Source: Candidatus Rokuibacteriota bacterium
Lineage (GTDB): Bacteria > Methylomirabilota > Methylomirabilia > Rokubacteriales > DASRDR01
Direction of reading: 5' to 3'
DNA: 58,930 nt
NCBI GenBank assembly: GCA_044866005.1
Contig: JBIOTN010000156.1
Coordinates: 1-58,930, forward strand
The position numbers and the translations under genes are program-made. Shown in pieces: positions 19,459-31,100 of this stretch. Positions within the stretch are counted from its first letter, which is position 1, and every line of letters begins with the position of its first letter. The notes under the pieces are model-generated. The model searched no databases. It had not been told where the DNA came from and saw only the letters and a list, made by a program, of their open reading frames with translations.

Positions 19459-20058
19459 ATGCGGCTCATCCTCGCTTCGGCCTCGCCGCGCCGCCGGGCG
19501 CTCCTCGGCGAGCTGGGCCTGGCCTTCGACGTCGTCCCGAGCGCCGTCGCGGAGTCCTTGCCCCCGGGTGTCCCCGCGGACGAGCTGGTCGCGCGCCTGG
19601 CGCTGGCCAAGGCGCGGGACGTCGCCGGGCGGATCCCCGGCGGGGAGCCCGCCCTCGTCCTCGGCGCCGACACGCTCGTCGTTTTCGAGGGCCGGCCGCT
19701 GGGGAAGCCCGCCTCGGCGGGGGAGGCCCGGGCGATGCTCGAGGCGCTCCGCGGTCGGGTGCACGAGGTGCTGACGGCGGTCGCGCTCGTGGAGCGCCCG
19801 GCCGGCCGGGAGGCGACCGCGACCGTGACGAGCCGGGTCGAGATGCGGCCGTTCTCGGGCGCCGAGCTGGACGGGTATCTCGCGACCGCGGAGCCCTACG
19901 ACAAGGCGGGGGCCTACGCGGTCCAGGGCGAGGGCGCGCGGCTCGTCGCCCGGGTCGAGGGCTGCTACACGAACGTGGTCGGGCTGCCGGTCACGACGAC
20001 GGTGCGGCTGCTCCGCAGCTTCGGGGTCGCCGTACCCCGGTCGCCGGCGGCGTCGTGA
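19459..20058 (+). CDS. maf: Maf nucleotide pyrophosphatase
   Basis: ILASASPRR, LGADT, GKP, DKAGAY and NVVGLP motifs. Confidence 0.95.
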   Translation: MRLILASASPRRRALLGELGLAFDVVPSAVAESLPPGVPADELVARLALAKARDVAGRIPGGEPALVLGADTLVVFEGRPLGKPASAGEARAMLEALRGRVHEVLTAVALVERPAGREATATVTSRVEMRPFSGAELDGYLATAEPYDKAGAYAVQGEGARLVARVEGCYTNVVGLPVTTTVRLLRSFGVAVPRSPAAS

Positions 20059-20088
20059 CGGCCTCCGGCGGGGCCGTCGCCGACGGGC

Positions 20089-21099
20089 CTAGGGTGCCGG
20101 GGGGTGGGCGCCGAGCGCGGCCCGCGCGGCCGTGACGAACGCCGGCGGCCGGAGCGTCTCGGAGGTGAGCTTGAGGCCGGCCGGCAACGGGCTGCCGCCA
20201 CGCAGGATCCGGATGGTCGTCGCCAGGCCGGTCTCGGTGGCGTCGCCGTCGGGCGCATAGGCGGCCTGGAGCGGCTCGAGGCGCGCGACGAAGCGCGCGG
20301 GGTCGCGGACGACCTCGGGAGGCAGGCGCGCGGCTACCTCCGCGGCCGGCGTCGCGGCGAGCCAGGCCTGGACGCGGACGAGGGCGCGGGCATACGCGGT
20401 GAGGGCGGCCTCGAGCGGGGCCAGGTCCTTGTCCCCGGCGCGCGTGACGCTGGCGACCTCGTAGAAGGGGCCACCCAGGTGCCGGACGGTCTCGTCAGGG
20501 CGCCGGAGGTCGAGGAGGATCACGGCGCCGCCGGTCGCCACGGCGCGGCTCACCCAGGGCTCCTCCAGGACGGCGGCCGCCAGCTCGCCGGTCCCCAGCC
20601 GGGAGACGAGCGCCGCCCCCCCGAAGCTCCGGAGCTCGACGTCGGAGGGCTCGATCCGGCGCGCCTGGAGGAGGGCCTCGAGGACCTGGTGGGCCGTCGT
20701 GCCGGGCCCGGGGATGCCGACGCGCTGGCCGCGGAGATCGTCCACCCGCCGCACGGCCTCGCGGTGCCGCGCCGCGACCAGCAGCGCGGCCGCCGGGGCG
20801 CGGGTGTGGGTGACGACGACGCGGACGGGCGTCCCCCGCGCGGCGGCCCCTCGGACGGCCTGATCCAGCGTGGTGACGGCCACGCTCGCCTCCCCGGCGC
20901 GGAGGGCGGCGACGGCGTCGCTCGGGTGTTTCGCCCGGCGGAGGGTCGCGGTGAGGCCTTCGGCCGCGAAGGTGCCGAGGGCCGCCGCCGCGTGGACCGG
21001 CAAGAAGGCGGGGTCCTCGGCCGGGCCTCCGACGCTCACCACCAGCGTGGCCGGCGCAGCGACCAGCCACGCGGCGGCGAGGAGGAGGCCGGCCGTCAC
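20089..21099 (-). CDS. NMT1/SsuA/TauA-type periplasmic substrate-binding protein
   Basis: Signal-like N-terminus, DLRGQRVGIPGPGTTAH and AAVLEEPW. GTG 21099 overlaps the upstream TGA. Confidence 0.8.
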   Translation of the reverse strand: MTAGLLLAAAWLVAAPATLVVSVGGPAEDPAFLPVHAAAALGTFAAEGLTATLRRAKHPSDAVAALRAGEASVAVTTLDQAVRGAAARGTPVRVVVTHTRAPAAALLVAARHREAVRRVDDLRGQRVGIPGPGTTAHQVLEALLQARRIEPSDVELRSFGGAALVSRLGTGELAAAVLEEPWVSRAVATGGAVILLDLRRPDETVRHLGGPFYEVASVTRAGDKDLAPLEAALTAYARALVRVQAWLAATPAAEVAARLPPEVVRDPARFVARLEPLQAAYAPDGDATETGLATTIRILRGGSPLPAGLKLTSETLRPPAFVTAARAALGAHPPAP

Positions 21100-21578
21100 C
21101 GCGGCACGTCGAGCAGGCGCGGCGTCACGCCGACGTCGCGCGTCCGGTACTCGCGCAGCTCCGTGAGCTGCTTGATGCGGCTCGCCATCCGCCACGCGGC
21201 CTCGCGGAGCGACGTGAAGCGATCGCGCTGCGGGTCGTCGGGCTCCATCTCCTCGACCGCCACCTCGAGGTGGGCGATGATCGTGGTGAGCGGATCGTTC
21301 ACCTCGTGGGCGAGCGTGGCGGCCACCTCCATCATCACGCGCAACCGCTCGCGCTCCCGCAGCGCTTGCTGGTGGGCCCGGTAGGTGTCGAGAAAGGCCC
21401 CGGCGAGCACGAGGAGCGCGCCCGGGACGAGGCCGTCGAGCTCCAGCGTCTCGTAGGAGCGCGACATCCAGAAGAACCACTCGACGACGTTGAGCCGGGA
21501 CTCGACCAGCCAGCCGATTCCGGCGAGGATCAGCATGACGAGCACCATGAGATGCCGCGCCAGCAGCGCCTGAAGCAT
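21096..21578 (-). CDS. Membrane protein with HisKA (DHp) domain only
   Basis: Two hydrophobic segments followed by the H-box ATLAHEVNDPLTTI. The protein ends without a HATPase domain. Confidence 0.75.
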   Translation of the reverse strand: MLQALLARHLMVLVMLILAGIGWLVESRLNVVEWFFWMSRSYETLELDGLVPGALLVLAGAFLDTYRAHQQALRERERLRVMMEVAATLAHEVNDPLTTIIAHLEVAVEEMEPDDPQRDRFTSLREAAWRMASRIKQLTELREYRTRDVGVTPRLLDVPR

Positions 21579-21638
21579 GGGACGTCCTCCCTCGCTCCCC
21601 GCGGCCGCGTCGGCCGGACGGCCGCGCCGCCTGCTGGT

Positions 21639-22313
21639 GTGACGGACCCGCTACGACGCCGGCTCCTCCGGCTCTCCGAGGCCCTGCTCGCGCGCTTCGG
21701 CCCGCAGGGCTGGTGGCCGGCGCGCTCGGCGTTCGAGGTCGTCGTCGGCGCCATCCTCACCCAGAGCACGGCCTGGGTCAACGTCGAGCACGCCCTCGCC
21801 TCGCTGCGCGCCGCCCGCGCGCTCGACTCTGCGGCCTTGCGCGCGCTGCCAGCCCGGCGCCTCGCCCGGCTGGTGCGCGCCGCCGGCTTCTACCGCGTGA
21901 AGGCGCGCCGGCTCCGCGACTTCCTCCGGCACCTCGACCGGCGTCACGGTGGCGATCTCCGACGCCTGCTCCGCCAGCCCGCCCCGGCGCTGCGCGCCGA
22001 GCTCCTGGCCCTCCGCGGCGTCGGGCCCGAGACGGCCGATTCGATCCTGCTCTACGCCGCCGGCCGCCCGGTCTTCGTCGTGGACGCCTACACCCGCCGG
22101 GTGCTCTCGCGGCACCGGATCCTGCGGCCGGAGGCCTCCTACCAGGAGGCGCAGGCCCTGTTCACGGACCACCTCCCCCGCGACCCGGCGCTCTTCAACG
22201 AGTATCACGCCCTGCTCGTCCGGGTGGCGAAGGAATACTGTCGGACGGTGCCGCGCTGCGAGGGGTGCCCGCTCCGGTTCGACCTCCGCGGGCGCCCGCC
22301 GGCGGCGTTCTGA
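21639..22313 (+). CDS. HhH-GPD / endonuclease III-like DNA glycosylase
   Basis: WWPARSAFEVVVGAILTQ, GVGPETADSILLYA, FVVDAYTRR and C-terminal CxxxPxCxxCP. Confidence 0.9.
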   Translation: MTDPLRRRLLRLSEALLARFGPQGWWPARSAFEVVVGAILTQSTAWVNVEHALASLRAARALDSAALRALPARRLARLVRAAGFYRVKARRLRDFLRHLDRRHGGDLRRLLRQPAPALRAELLALRGVGPETADSILLYAAGRPVFVVDAYTRRVLSRHRILRPEASYQEAQALFTDHLPRDPALFNEYHALLVRVAKEYCRTVPRCEGCPLRFDLRGRPPAAF

Positions 22314-22370
22314 TCGATCGGCGGCCGGGCCTGCGCCCCGGCCGTGGCGGCGAACGCATCGGCCGCTGCT

Positions 22371-22405
22371 CGCTTCTGGGGGGTCTTCTCAGACGCCCCG
22401 AAGCG
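22371..22405. repeat. REP-like hairpin (family A) between convergent genes
   Basis: CGCTTC-TGGGGGGTCT-TCTC-AGACGCCCC-GAAGCG. Confidence 0.6.
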
Positions 22406-22406
22406 A

Positions 22407-22987
<581 letters not shown>

Positions 22988-22991
<4 letters not shown>

Positions 22992-24145
22992 GCGGCGGCG
23001 CGGCTCTCCCGGAGCGCCAGGACGAGGTCGGCAAGCCGCGCGCCGGCGTCGGGCCGGGCCAGCCCACGCGCCCGCTCGGCCATCTGCTTGAGCCGGCCCG
23101 GATCGCCGAGGAGGTCGCGCACGGCCTCGACGAGGCGCGGCGGCGAGAGCTCGGCCTCGGGCAGGAGGATGGCGGCGCCCGCCTCGACCAGGATCCGGGC
23201 GTTCGCCGTCTGCTCGTCCCCCCGCGCGCCCGGGAGCGGGATCAGCACGCCCGGAAGCCCGAGGGCGCAGAGCTCCGTCACCGTGCCCGCGCCGGCGCGG
23301 CCCACGACGAGGGCGGCCGCCGCGTAGAGGTCGCCGAGACCCTCGTCGACGAACGGCACGACCCGGTATCGCGCGCGGAGGGCGTCGGGGAGGGCGGCGG
23401 CCTGGCGCTCGAGCCAGCCGGTGTCGCCGTAGGTGTTGCTCCCGCACTGGTGGACGAGCTGACAGGTCTCGAGGAGGGGCAGAAGCGCCGCGCCCACCGC
23501 GCGGTTGATGCGATGGGCGCCCTGGGCGCCCCCGGTGACGTAGACGAGCGGGACCGCCGCGTCGAGCCCGAACCGCGTCGCGGCGCGGGCCGGGTCGCCG
23601 GCGAGGAGCTCCGGGCGTACCGGGTTGCCGGTCACGACGACCTTGCGGGCGGGGAAGGCGGCGGCCGACGCGGCGAAGGTGACGGCGACCCGGTCGGCGA
23701 GCCGCGCGATCAGGCGGTTGGCGAGCCCGGGGGCCGCGACCTGCTCGTGCACGAGGAGCGGACAGCCCCGGGCCGCGGCGGCGACCGCCGTCGGGACGGC
23801 CACGAAGCCGCCCGTCGCCACGACCACGTCGGGCCGGAGGCGGCCGAGCAGGCGCCAGGCCTGGAGGATGCCGGCGGGGACGCGCAGGCCGAGGTCCGTG
23901 ACGTTCCGCAGGGCGACGCTGCGCCGGACCTTCCCCGTCAAGATCGCGTGGTAGGCGATCGCCGCGCCCGGGGCCTGGATCGCCTCGGTGCCCGTGTGGC
24001 TCCCGACCCAGTGGAGGTCGAGCGCCGCGCCGAGCCGCGCGCGGAGCGCCGCGGCGATGGCGAGGCCGGCGGAGGTGTGCCCCCCGGTGCCGCCGCCCGC
24101 GATCACGACGCGGAGGGAGGGCGTGGACGCCCGGGACCCGCCCAT
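22988..24145 (-). CDS. murG: MurG-like glycosyltransferase
   Basis: AGGGTGGH, TGGFV, HEQ, TGNPVR, TGGAQGA, RAGAGT and EQTANA motifs. Confidence 0.85.
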
Positions 24146-24153
24146 CGTGGTTC

Positions 24154-25290
24154 CTACGACCGCTTCTTCTGCGCGTGACGTTCCAGCGCCAGCTCGATCA
24201 GCCGGTCGATCAGGCGGGGATAGGGCAGCCCCGAGGCCTCCCACAGCCGTGGATAGGCGGAGGTGCGCGTGAAGCCGGGGATCGTGTTGATCTCGTTCAC
24301 CCAGACCCGCTCCTCGCCCTGGAGGAAGAAGTCCACGCGCGCGAGCCCGGCGGCGTCGATCGCGCGGAACGCCGCGACGGCGAGTCGGCGGAACTCCGCG
24401 GCGAGCGGCGCGGAGACGGGCGCGGGGATGAGGAACTTGGCCAGCCCGTCGGTGTACTTTGCCTCGTAGTCGTACCATTCCTTGCCGGGAAGCACCTCGC
24501 CCGGCACCGAGGCCTCGGGGCGATCGTTGCCGAGCACGCTCACCTCGATCTCGCGCCCCGCGATCGCGCGCTCGACGAGGACCTTCCGGTCGTGGGCGAG
24601 CGCCGCCTCGACGGCCGCCGCCAGCGCCTCGGCGCGGGCGACCTTGCTGATCCCGACGCTCGAGCCGAGGTTCGATGGCTTCACGAAGCACGGGTAGCCG
24701 GTCACCGTCGCGACGGCGCGCGCGGCCGCGGCCGGCTCGGCGCTCCAGTCGTGCTCGAGCACGACCACGTGAGGAACGACCGGCAAGCCGTGGGCGCGGA
24801 AGACCGCCTTCATGGTCGCCTTGTCCATGCCGACCGCCGAGGCCAGGACGCCCGCGCCGACGTAAGGCAGGTCCGCCAGCTCGAGAAGGCCCTGAAGCGT
24901 CCCGTCCTCGCCGTAGGGACCGTGGACCAGCGGCAGGACGACGTCGAGCGCCCCCGCGACCCCGGCGGGCAGCCCGCCCGCCGTGGCGACGCGCGCCAGC
25001 CCCGCCACGGCGGGGCCCGAGCCCGCCGGGCCGGCCGGCGGCAGCGGGAGCGCGAGGCCGGCGGCCTCCGCGAGGGCGCGGAGCGGGTCGCCGCCGACGA
25101 GCCAGTGGCCGTCCCGGGCGATGCCCATGGGCACGACCTCGTAGCGCGTCCGGTCGATCGCGCCCAGCAGGGACGCTGCCGAGGCGAGCGAGACCTCGTG
25201 CTCGCCGGAGCGGCCGCCGAAGACGACACCCACGCGGAGGCGGCCCCCGCCGCCGCGCCGACCCTCCTGGCTCGGCGTCTTCTCCCTCAT
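24154..25290 (-). CDS. ddl: D-alanine--D-alanine ligase
   Basis: FGGRSGEHEVS, HGPYGEDG, GSSVG, YDYEAKY and NEINTIPGFT motifs. Confidence 0.97.
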   Translation of the reverse strand: MREKTPSQEGRRGGGGRLRVGVVFGGRSGEHEVSLASAASLLGAIDRTRYEVVPMGIARDGHWLVGGDPLRALAEAAGLALPLPPAGPAGSGPAVAGLARVATAGGLPAGVAGALDVVLPLVHGPYGEDGTLQGLLELADLPYVGAGVLASAVGMDKATMKAVFRAHGLPVVPHVVVLEHDWSAEPAAAARAVATVTGYPCFVKPSNLGSSVGISKVARAEALAAAVEAALAHDRKVLVERAIAGREIEVSVLGNDRPEASVPGEVLPGKEWYDYEAKYTDGLAKFLIPAPVSAPLAAEFRRLAVAAFRAIDAAGLARVDFFLQGEERVWVNEINTIPGFTRTSAYPRLWEASGLPYPRLIDRLIELALERHAQKKRS

Positions 25291-26630
25291 GGCGCGCCGC
25301 CGGCCCGGAGCTTCCGCCAGCGCGTGAGCCGCTCCTGGATCCCCGCCTCGAAGCCGCGGGCGACCGGGTGGTAGTACGTCCGGCCACGCAGGGCCGGGGG
25401 CAGGTGCTCCTGGGCGACCTGGGCCTCCGCCGCCTCGGGCGCGTCGTGGGCGTAGCGGTAGCCTTTGCCGTAGCCGAGATGCGCCATGAGGGGGGTCGGC
25501 GCGTTCCGGATGTGGAGCGGCACGGGTTCCGCCGGATGCGCGTGGACGTCCTCCCGCGCGGCCTCGAACGCGGTGTAGACGGCGTTCGACTTCGGCGCGC
25601 ACGCCACGTAGACCGCCGCTTCCGCGAGCGCCAGCTCGCCCTCCGGCGTGCCGAGGAAGTGATACGCGTCCCTGGCGGCGAGCGCGACGGCGAGGGCCTG
25701 CGGGTCCGCCAGGCCGACGTCCTCGGCGGCCGCGCGGACGAGGCGGCGCGCGATGAAGAGCGGGTCCTCGCCGGCCTCGAGCATGCGCGCGAGCCAGTAG
25801 AGCGCGGCGTCGGGGTCCGAGTCCCGGAGGGATTTGTGGAGCGCGCTGATCAGGTTGTAGTGCTCCTCGCCGGCCCGGTCGTAGAGCAGCGCTTTCCGCT
25901 GGGCGGCGTCGTGCGCGATCGCGGGCGTCAGGCGGCGTCCGCCGTCGGCCGGCGCGGCGAGCGTGGCGGCAACCTCGAGGATGTTGAGCGCGCTTCGCGC
26001 GTCCCCGTCCGCCAGCCGCGCGATCGCCTCCAGGGCCCCCGGCTCGGCCTCGAGGCCGAGGGCGCCGAGCCCCCGCTCCGGGTCGGCGAGCGCGCGGCGC
26101 AGGATCACGAGGACCTCGTCCTCGGTCAGGCGCTCGAGCACGTAGACCCGGCACCGGGAGAGGAGCGCCGCGATCACCTCGAACGACGGGTTCTCGGTCG
26201 TCGCGCCGATCAGGATGATCGTGCCTCGCTCGACATGCGGGAGGAAGGCGTCCTGCTGCGCCTTGTTGAAGCGATGGATCTCGTCCACGAAGAGGATGGT
26301 CCGCTCGCCGTGGAGCCCGAGGCGCTCGTCCGCGTCCGCGATGACGGCCCGGATCTCCTTCACCCCCGACAGCACCGCGGAGAACGTCGCGAAGTGGGCG
26401 CCGCTCCGCGCCGCCATCAGGGCGGCGAGCGTGGTCTTGCCGGTGCCGGGCGGTCCCCAGAGGATCATCGAGTGGAGGTCGCCCGTCTCGATCGCCGTCC
26501 GGAGGAGGCGGCCTTCCCCGAGGAGGTGGGCCTGACCCACGAGCTCGTCGAGACTCCTGGGCCGCATCCGGTCGGCGAGCGGCGCCGACTCCCGCCGGCG
26601 CTCCCGCGTCGCGTGCTCGAAGAGCTCCAT
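25287..26630 (-). CDS. rarA: Replication-associated recombination protein A (MgsA)
   Basis: [38 protein letters not shown] and [10 protein letters not shown] motifs. Confidence 0.96.
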   Translation of the reverse strand: MELFEHATRERRRESAPLADRMRPRSLDELVGQAHLLGEGRLLRTAIETGDLHSMILWGPPGTGKTTLAALMAARSGAHFATFSAVLSGVKEIRAVIADADERLGLHGERTILFVDEIHRFNKAQQDAFLPHVERGTIILIGATTENPSFEVIAALLSRCRVYVLERLTEDEVLVILRRALADPERGLGALGLEAEPGALEAIARLADGDARSALNILEVAATLAAPADGGRRLTPAIAHDAAQRKALLYDRAGEEHYNLISALHKSLRDSDPDAALYWLARMLEAGEDPLFIARRLVRAAAEDVGLADPQALAVALAARDAYHFLGTPEGELALAEAAVYVACAPKSNAVYTAFEAAREDVHAHPAEPVPLHIRNAPTPLMAHLGYGKGYRYAHDAPEAAEAQVAQEHLPPALRGRTYYHPVARGFEAGIQERLTRWRKLRAGGAP

Positions 26631-26738
26631 CGCCACATTATAAGCCGACGGGCGCGGGCCGCCGGCGAGTATCGGGGCCGTTTCGCGGGGAAATCTGATA
26701 GGGTAATGGGCGCCTGCTCGCCGCGGGCCCGAGGAGCC

Positions 26739-28169
26739 ATGAAACGCGCGGTGTGGATGTGGGGCGTCTTGGCGGCCGCCGCCGTCGTCGGCCTCACCGG
26801 CGTGCGCGTCACGCCGGCCGCGGTGTCGGAGCCCGACCGGCTGTGGACGATCGGGACGCATGCCTTCGACGACGGCCTGTACGACGTGGCGTTCCGGACC
26901 CTCGGCCGCTTCGCCGAGCTCGCGCCCGCCGATCCACGGCACGGTGACGCCGTGGTGCTCCGGGGAAAGGCGGCGTTCGCGCTCGGCCGCTACGAGGAGG
27001 CGCTGGCCGAGTTCGGGACCGCGGAGAGCCTGCCGCTGCGAGCGGTCGGCGCGGGGGAGCCGCTGTTCTGGCAGGCCGAGGCGCTCTTTCGCCTGCGCCG
27101 GTTCGCGGAGGCCCGCGATCGCTACACGGCCTTCCTTCGAGGCCATTCGACCTCGTCCTACGCCGACGACGCCCTCTACGCGCGCGCGCTCTCCGAGCTC
27201 GAGCTCGGCCAGCCTGAGGACGCGCTGGCGACCTTCAACACGCTCTTGCGCGAGCACCCCACGAGCGAGCTGGCCGGCTCCGCGGCGTATGCCCTGGCGC
27301 GGGAGCTCGTCCGGGCCAAGCGGTGGGACGAGGCGCTGCCGATCCTCGCGGGCTACGCGGGCCGGTTCCCCACGAGCCGCTTCCTCACCGAGAGCCGTTA
27401 TCTCCTGGGCGTGAGCCAGATCGAGGCGGGACGCGTGGCGGAGGGCACCCGCACCCTCGAGCAGTTCGTCGCCGCGGGGCCGACCCACGAGCTGGCGGTG
27501 GCCGCGCGGATCGTCCTGGCCGAGCGGCACGTCAAGGCGGGACGGCCGCGGGAGGCGATCGAGCAGTACCGCGCCCTCGCCAGGCAAGCGCCGGGGCACC
27601 CCTACGTCCCGCAGGCGCTCTACCAGATCGGGGAGCTCTCCCAGGGGCTCGGGCGGAGCGCCGACGCCGAGGCCGCCTGGAAGACGCTCCGGCGGGCTCA
27701 TCCGACCGACGCGCTCGCCGGGGCCGCGGGGCTCGAGCTGGCGAATCTCTATCTCCGGCGCCGGCAGTACGATCAGGCGATGGAGGTCGCCCGGGAGCTC
27801 GCCGGCGGTGACGCTCCCGAGCGGCTGGACGCGCTCCTGGTCCTCGGGGAGAGCGCCCTGCGCGCCGGCAAGACGGCGGAGGCCGAGCGCGCCTACGCGG
27901 CCGCGGTCGCCGAGGCGCCGAGCGGCTCGGCGGACCGTTTCCGCGCCCTGGCGGGCGCCGGCCTCGTGGCCGAGGCTCAGAAGGAGACCAGCGCGGCCAA
28001 GCGCGCCTACCAGGAGATCGTCGAGGGGGCCGAGGAAGCCGACCTCGTCGAGTGGGCGAAGGGGCGGCTCGGCGCGCTCGAATCCCGGGAGAAGCCTCCG
28101 GCACCGCCGTCGCCCAAGGCCAAGCCCCGGCCGCGCCCGGCGCCGGCCCGGTCGCAGGCCGGCTCGTGA
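26739..28169 (+). CDS. Exported TPR protein (CpoB/BamD-like repeats)
   Basis: RBS GAGGAG, signal peptide, and repeated TPR ends such as HPTSELA, FPTSRFL and HPTDALA. Confidence 0.8.
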   Translation: MKRAVWMWGVLAAAAVVGLTGVRVTPAAVSEPDRLWTIGTHAFDDGLYDVAFRTLGRFAELAPADPRHGDAVVLRGKAAFALGRYEEALAEFGTAESLPLRAVGAGEPLFWQAEALFRLRRFAEARDRYTAFLRGHSTSSYADDALYARALSELELGQPEDALATFNTLLREHPTSELAGSAAYALARELVRAKRWDEALPILAGYAGRFPTSRFLTESRYLLGVSQIEAGRVAEGTRTLEQFVAAGPTHELAVAARIVLAERHVKAGRPREAIEQYRALARQAPGHPYVPQALYQIGELSQGLGRSADAEAAWKTLRRAHPTDALAGAAGLELANLYLRRRQYDQAMEVARELAGGDAPERLDALLVLGESALRAGKTAEAERAYAAAVAEAPSGSADRFRALAGAGLVAEAQKETSAAKRAYQEIVEGAEEADLVEWAKGRLGALESREKPPAPPSPKAKPRPRPAPARSQAGS

Positions 28170-31100
28170 GTCGCCCGTCGCGGCCTCGCTCCTCCGGCCC
28201 CGCGCTGCGTCGCCGCGGCCGGAGGCGGGCGTGTCCCGCGCTCGCCGCCGTTGTTCTCCTCGGGCTCGGGGGGCCCGTCACGGCCCGGGCCGCCTCCCCC
28301 CGGCCCGTCGACCTCGCGGTGCCCGAGCTCGCGGTGACGGTCGCGCCCCTGCCGCTCAACGTCGCGGCCCCGCTTCTCGCGCCTCCCGCGCCGCCGCCCC
28401 CCCCGTTGCCCGCGCTCTCGGCCCTCGCGCCGCCGCTCCCGCGCTTCCTCACCGCGGCGGCGAAGCCCCGGCCGGCGGTGCGGGACCCGGGCGGGTTCGC
28501 CTGTACCCTCCTCCAGCTCCGGGGGACGCCGACCCTCATCGATTGCGGCATCCATCGGCTTGTCGAGCGCGACCTGCGCGGCGCCCGCGAGGCGCTGGAG
28601 GACGCGGTGGTGAGGGGCGACGGCCGCATCATCGCCGTCGCCCAGTTCTGGCTCGGGGAGGTGGCCTTCGGCGAAGGGCGACACGAGGAGGCCGAGCGAC
28701 GCTACCGCGCGGCGCTCGCTCAGGGACCGCCCGGCGACATCGGGAGCCAGGCGAGCCTGGCCGTCGGGTGGCTCGCGTTGCGGCGGGGCGACCTCCCGGA
28801 GGCGGCCCGCGCCCTGACGCAGGCGCTCGCCGGCGGCCTCTCGGCGCCCGACGCGCTGGTGGTCCGCTTCCTCGACGGGATCACCCGCCTCTTCGCGGGG
28901 CGTCCGGCGGACGCGCGGGCGGGGTGGGACGCCGTCCTGGCCGCCGGCCCGCCGCCGGCGATCGCGGAAGAGCTGCTGTTCTGGCGCGGGGTCGCCCAGG
29001 CGAGGCTCGGCGAGCGCGAGCCGGCCCTCCAGGGGCTCGAGCGCTTCATCGCCAGCGCCTCGCCCCGCCATCCGCTCCTGCCCGACGCCATCGTCCAGTC
29101 GGGCTGGGTCGCGCTCGAGCGCGGGGCGGCCGACGACGCCGTGCGCCGGTTCCTGTGGGCCGAGCGCGAGGCCCCGCGGCCCGAGCTGCGGGCCCAGATC
29201 CGGGCGGGGCTGGCGCGCGCCTACCTCGCCCTCGGCGACGCGGGTCGTGCTCGCGACGAGGCCCGCCGGCTCGCGGCCGAGTCGCCGCGCGACCCGCTCC
29301 GGACGATGGTCCTGCTCCTGATCGCCGACGACGCCGTCCGCCGCGACGCGACCGCGGAGGCGCTCGACGCGTACCGTGAGCTGCTCGGGCTCCCCCTCGA
29401 GCGCGAGCTTCAGGAGTACGCCACCTATCGCTACGCCGAGGCCCTCGAGCGCCAGGGCGCGACGGCCGAGGCCCAGCGCCAGTACGTCACGCTGCGCGAG
29501 CAGGGGCAGGTCGAGGCGATCGCGCAGCGGGCCGCTTACCGGCTCGGGCTCTCCGCGCTCCGGCTCGGCCGCCCGGTGGAGGCCCGGGCGGAGGGCGAGG
29601 CGCTCCTCCGGGCGGGCGTCCTCGCCGAGCTCCGCGAGCCGGTGCTCCTGCTGGCCGCCGAGGGCGCGGCCCGCGCGGACGATCCGAACCGCGCCGTCGC
29701 GCTCTTCCGGCTCGCGCTGCGCGACCAGCCGACCGCCCCCGGCGCCGGCGTGACCCGACTCGTCCTCGGCTGGGCGCTGCTCCGCGATGGCGACCCGGAG
29801 ACGGCGCTCCGCGAGTGGCAGCAGGCGGCCCTCGCCGCCGACGTCGAGGTGGCCGCGCGCGCCAACCTCGCCATCGCCGACGTCGCCCTCCGGCAGGGCC
29901 GCGACGCGCAGGCGCTCGAGGCGCTCCGTGAGTTCGGCAAGATCGCGCCGGGCTCCCCGCAGGCGGACGTCGTCGCGCTCAACCGCGGCATCCTGCTGGT
30001 GCGGCTCGCGGATTACGCCGGCGCCGTGCAGGAGCTCGAACCCCTCACGCCACGCCTCACCGTCCCGAGCCAGCAGGCCCTGCTGAGGCGGGCCCTGGGG
30101 CTGGCGCGCTACCAGCTCGGGCAGTACGACGTGGCCGAGCGCCAGTTCCGCGAGGCCGCGCGGTGGGCGCCGGCCGAGCTTTCAAGCTGGCTCGGGGCCG
30201 GCCTCGCGGCGCTCCTGCAGAACCGCCTCACGGAAGCCGACGAGGCGCTCGTCCGGGGCCGGCTCGCGGCAGCCCCCGAGGTCGCGGCGCCGGCCGCCTA
30301 CGCCCTGGCCATGGTCGCGCGCCAGCGGGGCGACCCGGTGGCCTTCCGCGAGCGCGCCGTGGGGTTCGTGGACCGCTACCCGGCCCACCCCTACGCGAGC
30401 CTCCTGCTCTATGCCCTGGTGGCCGCGGCCGTCGAGCGCGGCGAGCTCGACCAGGCCGATGGCTTCGTGAAGCGCCTCATCAAGGAGCAGCCGAAGAGCG
30501 ACTACGTCCTGGACGCCCTCGTCCGGCTCGCGGACGGGGCCCGGGTACGCCCGGCACTGGCCCGGGACACCTACGGGGAGATGCTTGCGCGGGCGAAGGC
30601 GCCCGAGCTTCGCGCGGAGGCGTGGCTCGGCCTGGCGGACGCGACGCTCGCCCTGGGGACGGCCCCCGAGGCCCAGCGCGCGGTCGAGGGCTTCCTGAGT
30701 GAGGCGCCGCCGGGGGACCCGCGGGCCCCGCAGGCCCTCGCGCTCCTCATGCGGGCACACGAGGCGCAGGGCCAGCGCGGGCGCGCGCTCGCCACGGCCG
30801 ACTCGTTCCTTGCCCAGTTCCCGAAGCACCCGCTCGCGCCGGACGTCCAGCTCCGGCGCGGCTACCTCCTGCTGGTCGATCGGCAGTGGGACGCCGCGCA
30901 GCAGGCGCTCGAGGCCGCTCGCCTCGCGGACGAGCCGGCCGTCGCCGCCGCCGCGCAGGTCTACCTCGGCGAGCTCCACCGCTCGCGGGACGAGCACGAG
31001 CCGGCGATCGAGGCGTTCCTCGGAGCGACCTATCTCTATCCCGACACGGCCTGGGCGGCGCGCGGGCTCCAGGGCGCGGCGCAGAGCTACATGAGCCTGA

